Positions 47,436 to 64,000 of a DNA stretch of 64,000 bases are shown piece by piece (the stretch's first letter is position 1; each line of letters opens with the position of its first letter). Position numbers and translations under genes: made by a program. The stretch lies in the NCBI RefSeq assembly GCF_009914755.1, contig NC_060936.1; one strand, given 5' to 3'. This DNA is from the human T2T-CHM13v2.0 reference genome, Homo sapiens. Under the pieces are notes generated by a model, which saw only the letters and a program-made list of their open reading frames with translations, was not told the origin of the DNA and did not search any database.

Positions 47436-48525
47436 CAAATGGTGCTGGGACAATTGGATATCCACATGCAAAAGAATTAAGAATTAAGTTATATCCTGTT
47501 CTTAAAACCAGACACAAAAATAACTCAACATAGATCATAGACCTAAATGTAGAACTATAAAACTCACTGAAAAAAGCATAGGAGTAAATCTTTGTGACTG
47601 TGGGTTAGGAAAAGACTTCTTAGGTATGACACCTAAACCACAAGCCACAAAACAAGAAAAAAGATAAATTGGACTTCATCAAAATTACAACCTTTTATAC
47701 TTCAAAGGATAATGTCAATAAATTGAAAAAGACAACTCACGGAATGAGAGAAAATACTTGCAAGTCATAGACCTGATAAGGGACTTGCATCTGGAATATA
47801 TTTTAAAAACTTTTATGACACAATAATAAAATGACAAGTAACCCAATTAAAAATGGATGAAAGACCTGTATGAAAAGACATCTCTCAAAAGAAGATAGAT
47901 ATAAGGCCAATAAGCACATGAAAAGATGCTTAACATCATTAGCCATTAGAAAAGTGCAGTCAGAACTACAATGGGATACCACTTCATACCCACTAGAATG
48001 GCTATAATTTTTTTAAAAAGGGTGGATAATAACAACTATTGGCAAAGATGTGGACAAAACGAAACATTCAGATATTGCTGGTTGGAATGTAAAATAGTGC
48101 AACAGTTTGAAAAACTTTTTGGCAATTCTTTAAAAAGTTCCATACAGAACTATTATGTGATTCAACAATTCTACTCCTAACATACACCCACGAGAAATAA
48201 AAGCATGTCCACATAAAAATGTATACATGAATATTCATAGCAGCCTTATTTATAATAGTCAAAAAGTAGAAACAACCCAAATGTTCATAAACTAATAAAT
48301 GAATAAACAAAATGTGATATGTCCATAAAATGGAGCATTATTTAGTAATAAAAGGAAATGAAGTATTCATACATGCAGCTGCATGGATAAACCTTGAAAA
48401 ATATTCTAAGGTTTATTGTGTTGGTTGCACAACTCTTTGAATATGCTACAAATCATTTAAGTGTACTCTTTAAATTGGTGGATTTTATGGTATGCGAAGT
48501 GTATCTCAATCAAGCTGTTAGAAAA
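47436..48525 (+). mobile_element. L1MB-type 3' portion
   Basis: AAATGGTGCTGGGACAATTGGATATCCACATGC; MGYHFIPTRMA; ends TATCTCAATCAAGCTGTT. Confidence 0.85.
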
Positions 48526-48529
48526 ATGT

Positions 48530-50015
48530 AAATGGACAGCCACTGATCACAGAAAAATGTAAATGGACAGCCACAGATCACAAAACATCTTAGAAAGCCT
48601 CCAACATGGAAAACAGAAATAAACACAAATAATAAAAGTGAATTTGGGGGAAAAAGGGGCACTGCAGGAAATAGAAGAAAAGGTCACCTAAAACATTGTG
48701 TTAGTATTCTTAGGGAGATAAGAATCTGTAAAACAAAACCATGATGTTATCAGGAAATAAAAGAACAAGAAAGAGGCCAAAAAGACAAAGAGCTATAAAC
48801 CAACGGAGATAAGATAACAAAATTACTGGATCAACTCAGGAATTTCAGCAGTAAGATTTCTAGAAAGAAAAAGTAGAGAAAGTGAATTGAAGAAAGATAA
48901 AACAGAAATAGCCAGAAAAACTCCTATGACAAGAGGACATGACCTTCTAGATTGAAAATCTTCATGAAACACTGAATAACAAACTTTTAAAGATTTATTT
49001 TAAGACATCTTGACATTTAAGAATACCCAAAATAAAATTCTTAGAGATTTTTTAAACCCTAAGTATATATAATCAGCATGACATCAGACTTTCCAATGTA
49101 GCACCGTAAGATATAAGACAATAAATTAATGTTTACATAATTCTGAGAAGAAAAAAAAGTTAGGATAAAATTTCTATACTCAGCCCAAGTATCAATCAAA
49201 TATGAGAGTGAAAAATTCATATTTGATTGATAGGTTGGCTGAGTGTAGAAATTTTCAGACATACTAAAACTCAGAATAATAACCACCCATGCACCCTTTC
49301 TTAGGAAACTACTGGAGAATATGCTTTAAAAAAATGAGGAAATAAATCAAGAAAGAAGTTTTGTGATCCAGGACACTGGAGGCACAACACAGGAAAACAG
49401 CAAATGGAAGGATCATGATGGTAGCTCTACTCACAACTAGAAATTAACTCATGTCATTTGGAGCAGAAGAAAAGAAAACTCAAGGCTAGAGATTCATTGG
49501 GGATGTGAGGGAATGAAATCAATACATATCTAATGTGATAATTTAATAGGTATTTGACAAATCTCAGGAGGCAGTTGGATAGACACATGAGAAACTACCA
49601 AAAAATTGAAGGAAACTGAAGAGGTATACTAGAAAGAAAACATTTCAAACTTCAATGCTTGACTCGACAGTAGTCCATGTTGCATGCCTATAGCAATATG
49701 CACATGGACCAATAATTTAATTTTAGAAATTATGATATAGCTGAATTGGGAGAATGGGGCAAGGGGAAGTGGTTAAGAAATGTAAGATTTGTAAGACAGT
49801 TAAATAATTTCAATAATAAACATTGGCTAAAGTTGAAAAAAAATCAAGATAGAGGAATTATATTTTTAAAGCATGATGATGATAAAACCCAGAAGAAACA
49901 AAGAAACTGAAATGGGGAGATGTGGATTAACCAACTGCTGTTTTTTAATACAAGTGTTTCAATACTACCTGGATTTTTTTTAAAATCATGGCATGCAATA
50001 ATTTGGATAAACTGT
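48530..50015 (+). mobile_element. Highly decayed L1M 5'/ORF1-like sequence
   Basis: A-rich; CATCAGACTTTCC, ATTTCTATACTCAGCC, CCCTTTCTTAGGAAACTACTGGAG. Confidence 0.55.
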
Positions 50016-50063
50016 TTTTTTAATCCATTAAGGGATCATAGCACTGAAAAAACACTGTGTGAT

Positions 50064-50409
50064 CGCACATGTCCACCCTCATCTTTGAAACCCGGCACAC
50101 AAGTGCAGCCCAGGACAGGAACATTTTTAATAGATGGGAATTGGATTAAGAGGACATCAGGAAGGGCTAAGCTGGGGGAAGGGGGACAGCCTGGTGAGGT
50201 GCATAATTAAATGATACTCAGGGGCTGGCTGGATGGGAACCAAAATTCTCTCCCTTCAAGGAAGTAACCAGGCTATGAACCGACCCAGGAGAGACTGGAG
50301 AAGGTGTATGAGTGTCTTTATTTTTCTGCTGTGTTTCTGCATAATTTAGAAAAAACAAACTAAAGAAAAAGAAAGCTGTCCCATCAAAAAAAAAAAGAAA
50401 GAAAGAAAA
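50064..50409 (+). other. L1-mediated retro-insertion of non-repeat sequence (orphan transduction or retrocopied 3' end)
   Basis: Perfect 18-bp TSD GAAAAAACACTGTGTGAT (50046-50063 / 50410-50427); A-tail 50386-50409; ACTAAA at 50359. Confidence 0.9.
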
Positions 50410-51689
50410 GAAAAAACACTGTGTGATACAGACATAGGCTGTCAGAAAGTTTGTACAGAGTATAGAAAAGATATATTTCTTTTTTTATGAAGACCACCAC
50501 TGAACTGAAAATGAAACTGAAATAGTGTAAGTTTTAACTGTGAGCCATCTTGGAAAAAATCATTAACCACAGGATCTATAATTTACAGACCTTTCATAGA
50601 CTGCCATCTGAGGACAGTAGTTCTATCTTTGCAAGAAAGACATTCCATGAGAAATAAGAATTCTCTTAATACTGACTCTCTATGTTTTATAACTAAGAAA
50701 AGGCTTCCCATAAATAACCAATGTATGTTGTAGAGAAGCCCAGAAAAAAAAGAGAGGAAGGCAAATGTTTATGTGCTAATCTCAAACCCTAGAGCTGCCA
50801 GGTAGAAAGGTGAGCAAGAGAGAGTGCAGAGTAGTCTGAGCCAGTTCCTTCTGGACAATCAACTGAGAGTGTAGCCTTGGGCCATGTAGTAAAGATAGCA
50901 AGCCATCAATACAGAGACTGGCCTCATCTCCTCTGAATCTTGCATGGCCACTATCTGAAGATCAATAGAATTTCCTCTTCTAATCAAATGTGTGGGACCA
51001 CCTACAACAACAATCATATTCCATATTTTCTTTCCATGCCTTCATCATAAATCTCAGCATATAAACAATCAACTCTTCTACAAAATGAGGAATTCTGTAG
51101 TACAAACCCCATGCAGCTAAGCAGAGCATAGGGTAGCCAGTAACCTGTCTTTCAGGTGATCTAATACTTCCATCTGGTTCTGCCACAAGCTGTATGTAGG
51201 CCAGCTCTAGGAGCTCTAGAACTTGAAGATGCCACATCCATTCCACTTTAGCCAAGGAGCTGCTCCTAGACTAGGAGAGGAGCTGTTCTTGTTCCTCCCG
51301 CCCTGTCTCCTGGATGCCACTCTTTGAAGACACCTATCTACCTACCCTAGTCAGGGTCATATCTCATCATTCTCAGGGTTCCCCATGTTCTTAGTCTCAT
51401 TCACTTATTAACTTCTTTTTGTCAGAAGAATAAACTTCCTACTTTCTGTGTCTCCTGGGTTCTCCCATCAGAAGCCCTCTGTTTACTGCCTTACTAATAC
51501 ATGTCAAAACTCTTATATCCATACAACCTTGTAGTATGGCTCTGGTCTGAGGTAGAAAGAAAGGAGCATAACTGTAACATGCATGTAATTATCCAGCTAA
51601 GCAGAGCATAGGGTTGTTCGAAATCTAGCACAGAAGACATAATTAAGAATTTTTTAAAGTATACCTGTTTAGGATTGTGAATTGTATTT

Positions 51690-52620
51690 CCATTCACTCA
51701 CTTCACTAGATATTTACCAAGTGCATTTTTATATGAAGATTTCATGTGTTGTAAATCATATAAGGCCCATAACGACAACAAATTTATAAAGTGTAGGAGA
51801 GATTGGACAAGGAAGAAAGATTAAAACAATAGAAAAAGAGTTAAAGTAAGCAGCAGAAGAGAAGTGCTAAGTGTGGAGGTTTGCAGAGGAATAAATTATT
51901 TCTGGCTGGAGAAGATATGTACAGAGTTTATTAAACAATTTCATGCAGCATTTATGAAGCATCTGCTGTGTGCTACACTAGGTACTATATTAGGGTCTGA
52001 GGAAACCAAGAGCATAAAGACAAAGTTATGCTCCAAGGATGAAAAAGCCCTTGAAGATCAACAATGAGGAGGCAATTTATTCTCCTGGAAGTGGGAGTAA
52101 GGGTGAAACTGTCAGGTAAAGCTTCATATAGGATATTGGTTTTTGAACTCAGACCTAGAAAACAAGTGGACTACTGACTGGCAGAAATGCTGAGATAGAG
52201 CACTGTAGGTATATGTAACAGCAGGAGCAAATGTGCAATAGCAGGGAAAATAAACTATAATAGAGACTATTCCAAATTATCTAGAGTACTGGGTGTTTGT
52301 GGCAAATAGGGGCAAAGCTGCAAAGACAGAGGACAGAATGTGGAGAAGCAGTATGAACGGAGCACCTATTTAACTGTGTTGGAAAATGAGGAGCCAATGC
52401 AAAAATTATTTGTTCAATTTAGTGATCAGCATAGTGTTTTGAAAAGATAAGCCTGGAATCAGTATATAGAGGATGCTTCAAAGTGAGAATAGAAAGAGGC
52501 TATTTCTTGTTTCAGGGGTGAAGTAATGAAAGTCTGAACCAGCTGGTGCCAATAGGAAGAGAAAGATGGGCGTAAGCATTGAAGAAGCTACATCTACTTA
52601 CATTGGTTGAAGTTGGGGAG
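51690..52620 (-). mobile_element. L2 relics
   Basis: CATTCACTCAC...ATTTACCAAGTGC, GAGGAGCCAATG, GCTATTTCTTGTTTCAGG. Confidence 0.55.
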
Positions 52621-52969
52621 AGTTGGAGAAGTGGAAATCTCTCAATCAGGGTGGTCCTGGAGCCTTAGCAAATCATGCCAGGCCTTTTTCTTACAGATGC
52701 AAGGAATTAGGCAAGACTTGGGCTTGAAAAACAAGTTGTATTTTATGACGCTAGATGCAGAATCTAATGTTATGTGTGCCTGCAAGCACACGCACATGCC
52801 ACACACAGACCATCATAAATTATACTCTTGGAACATAGTTGTTTTGGTATCGGGCACACATAACACTGTTGGCTTTCATCCAGATACTGGCAAAAATCTC
52901 TCTAAGGGGTCACTGGATATCAGTGGCCTTTACTGCCTTCTGGGAGACTGAAGAACTCGGTTACAAACA

Positions 52970-53205
52970 CAGGCTGTGGAGACATAGAGCAGTTCAAACC
53001 CAAGGTCGGTCATTTACAAGTAACTGCATAATTTTAGGCAAATTACTTACCCTCTCTTCTCTTGATTTCTACATTAATAATATAGGGATAGGGAACACAC
53101 TGACTTTTATGAGAATTAAATGAGCTATTACATGTGAACTGCTTAGAATAGAATAATACCCAGCACATATCAGGTGCTCGGTAAATGCAGGCGATTATTA
53201 CTGTT
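52970..53205 (+). mobile_element. MIR
   Basis: GTTCAAACCC, AGGCAAATTACTTA, GAGAATTAAATGAG, AGGTGCTCGGTAAATG. Confidence 0.8.
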
Positions 53206-53811
53206 GTTATGGGTATTCTGTGGTAGAAAAGTCAATGCTGAATACTTAGCAACTGGCGTATATTTTTAGGGAGAGAAGCAGAACAAGTTTCAGTAGAGAA
53301 AAATAATGTCACTTCCTTTTAAAAATGTTAGTCAAAGATTGAGACTTTTTGTGTGATTAACAGCTGATTTCCTATGATTCTGGTGCAGTAATTCACATTC
53401 AAAACTGTAGACAAGTGTAGAGAGACTTTGTGAAAACTTCCATTGACTAAGGTAGCCTTAAGATCTGAAGGATACTTTGGCCTTTGGAAGTGGCACTATA
53501 CAGATGTCTAGTCAGCTATTATCTGCTTTGCATGGTTATCAAACACATCATTAAGTACATTATTTCATTTATTTTAATATGCAGGACAAAATGTAGCCAC
53601 AACAAAAAATGTGCTTAACGCAAACTGGGAAGACTCGTTCTTTTTATACTGACTTATTAAGCCTTATTAGTTTGGTAGTTTTGTGATTCCAGAACACCAT
53701 AATTCTGAACCGGATTCCCATCTTGTATGGCTCTGTTAGAGGTTTTGCCTGCAGGGTGTTCTCTGGCCCTCTTTCTGAGTGTGTCTCCCTCTTTCTTTAT
53801 TTCTGTCTTTT

Positions 53812-53980
53812 CATCAGTGATGCTCTGGGCTTTGGAAGCAGGCCAGAATGCCCTGAATCTTGCAATGAATGATGCTGCAAAAATTGCTAACATACCAATT
53901 TCAAGCATATTCCACAATTCAGACAAATATTCCTTGGGGCCTTGAGTCCAAATTTCTTTACATGCAGCCCATATCATGCC
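53812..53980 (-). pseudogene. TRPC6: TRPC6 pseudogene fragment (part of one exon, S2-S3 transmembrane region)
   Basis: [56 protein letters not shown] closely matches recalled TRPC6 [56 protein letters not shown]. Confidence 0.93.
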
Positions 53981-54351
53981 TCTGTACTCATTAAATCTGT
54001 TTTTCTCTAGCAGAGGCAGGTTAACCATGAAACTGAAGCTTCAAGATGACTTTACTTGCCCAGGCTCCTTCTAAGTCCTCACTTTCTCTTCTTTTTCTCT
54101 AAATGGAGCCCTCTGAATAAACAAGCCTCAGATTCCACTGGGTCTTACCCCGTGCCTAACCCTCTTCATAATAAATGCCTCAAGAAATTCAAGTAAGCAG
54201 AATGTTTGCTTTCACTTTGTCCCATTGTCACCCCGGTTCTTCCGAGCACTCAGCTTTCCCACCAAGCTTCTTTCAGTCGTCCTCGGGTGTCCTTTGACAA
54301 TGCATCCTCTGCTTTTACACACTCTAGCGTTCCTTCACTGGGGTCTTTGCT

Positions 54352-54370
54352 GCCCCACACTGGGCAGCCA
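54352..54370 (-). promoter_or_regulatory. Primer binding site, tRNA-Lys-like
   Basis: Minus strand TGGCTGCCCAGTGTGGGGC vs canonical Lys PBS TGGCGCCCAACGTGGGGC, 4 nt after the LTR end. Confidence 0.82.
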
Positions 54371-54374
54371 GGAA

Positions 54375-54972
54375 TGTTGGGGTGATCGGGCCCGACATCA
54401 GGTCGTGGGGGCAACGAAGTCCGGTGGAGTCAAAGGAATGAGAAAGGACAGTTTCAGAGAAAAAGTGGGTCCAGGAGGCCAACACTAAGTATGGAGGCTG
54501 TGAAGTCCCTGAGCTCTGGAAGCCCAGACTATTTATTGGTGATCAAACAAAGAAACAGGGTGTGAGAATGTGGGGGTCGAAAGGGCAAGCACATGATCTA
54601 CAGCTGTGACGGTTTAGCATTTCCTTTGCGGCACATGGAACATGTTCTTCTGCTTGAGATAATGGAAAGCAGGTTCTTTTAACTCAAGATACAGTCGATC
54701 CTGGGAGAGCAAGGAGCAAGGAGCCAGCAAGTCTAGACACATTCCAGAGCCATGAGCCCTGGATTCTATTCAAGCCATGAGGGGTTTTATGCCCTGGGCT
54801 TAGATTATGGTGTGTCAGGGTAGCCTTCCACACTTTAGCACAGAGCTTGGTGTTCCAAAGGCCACAAGGGGTTTTAGGCTCTGTACCCCAGACATGTTCC
54901 AAGACTCTTTTACATTATGTCAGACATGCAAGCCCTGCCTCAGCTTCTCCCAACACTCAGCTTTTCCCAACA
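54375..54972 (-). repeat. LTR14-family 5' LTR
   Basis: Minus strand TGTTGGGAAAAGCTGAGTGTTGGG...CACCCCAACA; AATAAA at 54532-54537. Confidence 0.88.
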
Positions 54973-55419
54973 GAGAGATGAGGATGGAACCCCAGAGAAT
55001 ATTAATATTAAGGGATTTTCAAAGAACTAGTGAATGAGGCTGAGATGGAGTAGCAGAGGCAGGAAGAAGCAGAGAGGACAACTAGCAGAGTGTGGGTCAC
55101 AAAGCGGACAAGCCTGACATCACTTTTATGTCTCTTCCAACCCTGAATTATGAGAAGTTATAAAAAGAAATAAATCCTAAAAAAATTGAAAGTGGCAACT
55201 GAACTATAAATTAAAGATTAAAAAAACCATTTCCACTGATTTAAGTATTGATGGGGATGGATTGGGAAGTAAGATGGCTGCCAAGATTCCTGCTCAGTGG
55301 TGCACTTACCCTTTATAATCACCTCCCCTTGAGTGTGGTGGGACATATGAAGAAGATGGGTCTTACTTCCACATTGCCATTAAATTGCTTTTGATAAAAT
55401 ATTTTTGGGGATAATAGTT

Positions 55420-55835
55420 GTCTATTTTTTAATTTTTATGGATACACAATAAATAGTTGTAGTATTTATGGGATACATGTAATATTTTGATACAAGTATA
55501 AAATGTGTAGGGGTCAAATAGGGGTAATTGGGATATCTATCAGTTTAAACACTTCATTTCTTAGTGTTAGAAACATTCTAATTCCATGCTTCTTGTTATT
55601 TTGAAATATCCAATAAATTATTTTGAACTGCATTGCCCTATTCTGCTACCAAATACAAGATCTTATTCCTTCTGTCTGTATTTTTGTACCCACTAACCAA
55701 CCCCTCCCCTCCTATACGCAACTACTTTTCCCAGTCTCTGGTAACCATCATTCTTCTCTCTGCATCCATGAGATCAACCATTTTAGCTACCATGTATGAG
55801 TGAGAACATGCAATATTTGTCTTTCTGTGCCTGAC
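55420..55835 (-). mobile_element. L1MA-type 3' end
   Basis: ATTTATGGGATACATGTAATATTTTGATACA...TGAGTGAGAACATGCAATATTTGTCTTTCTGTGCCTG. Confidence 0.85.
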
Positions 55836-56779
55836 AACAATTAAGTCTATTGTCAATGAATGTTACATCTGATTTATACAAATGGGTAAACAATTTTTAT
55901 AGAGAAAAAATCTTGAGATATAGTATACAATTATCCTGACTTCTAATATACCAAGAATAACAAGTGAAAAGATTCAGTAAGTCTGGAGTAGGGTGTAGAG
56001 AGCTGTACTGCTATAACACTTTATAAGTAAGTCTTATGTGCATCCCCAATTGAGAGCTACTAGACTAGAAATACTACATTAAAATTAAAAGAATAAGGTT
56101 TCATCCAAATACAATTTTAAATAATTACTAATATTATTACTGATTATGCAGTGGTTGCCTGAAATCATCAGCTCATTAGACAGGTAAAGCACTACCAGGA
56201 TTCGTAAGTATAGGAAAACCTGACACAATTATTTCTTAGAGTTTTTATCAGTGTTATTCCTTAGGGTTAAAATATATTGTGGACAGTGAAAATATTGACA
56301 AATACCAGGGCTTCACCATAAAACATACAATTTCTGATAAATTAATATTAATAAAATTTTACCTATACAATGTTAGCACAGGGATGGCTAAATGTCTCTC
56401 TTGATTTGACAAATCTTCCCATGCAACTCATCAAACAAATCTAGTTAATTTCCAGCATCTCTCTTTTTATAAACTAAAAGAAACAATATCTGTAATTTTC
56501 CAGGGGCTATCTGGGAAATCTCAAAGATAGTTTTAGGTATAAAAGATGGCCTGAACGTTTTGTGGGCTTTTTTTTTCTATATTTAGGACCCCTTTTTTAG
56601 AAAGTTAAAAATTTTTTTAATGCCAGAGGAAATTTGGACAGTTGGTTAAGATAGAATCATAGGTGTCTTAGAAACAATACTTGGTTGTCTATTTGATCAC
56701 AGCAACAATAAGATGTATATAAAAAATAAACATGGATGGTAACAAAATTGAGAACCTTAGCTCTTTCAAAAGTAAGACT

Positions 56780-64000
<7,221 letters not shown>

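Larger units (their letters stand above)
53784..54972 (-). mobile_element. Defective HERV-K14-type (LTR14 family) element carrying TRPC6 sequence
   Basis: LTR 54375-54972, Lys PBS 54352-54370, gag start MGQSESKHSAYLNFLRHLL* (54225), captured insert, PPT-like AAAGAAAGAGGGAGA at 53784-53798. Confidence 0.88.

Noticed and set aside
53657-54028. Exon of the real TRPC6 gene
   Set aside because: Only a partial exon with substitutions, no pyrimidine-rich acceptor, no other TRPC6 exons in 64 kb, and embedded in retroviral cis elements

Overview
Primate (human-like) genomic DNA, AT-rich and dominated by interspersed repeats; no intact cellular protein-coding gene is evident. From left to right: an L1PA (ORF2/3'UTR) and an Alu; a MER4-group ERV1 remnant carrying a nested solo LTR and a near-full-length HERV-L/MLT2A provirus; old L1M/L2/MIR/MLT/hAT relics; a second 5'-truncated L1PA; a twin-primed (5'-inverted) L1PA; an LTR18-like solo LTR; an MST LTR; and a long decayed L1MA/L1PB element running off the right edge. 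The most notable structures are: (1) a minus-strand HERV-K14-type mini-provirus (LTR, Lys PBS, gag start, PPT) whose viral genes are replaced by a captured TRPC6 exon, giving an open 123-codon chimeric ORF; (2) a ~350-bp polyadenylated orphan retro-insertion with a perfect 18-bp TSD; (3) a templated duplication of half an Alu plus its flank ending in a fold-back hairpin; (4) a strong candidate terminal exon at 24066. Repeat subfamily names are from memory of consensus sequences, not from a database search, and boundaries of old repeats are approximate.
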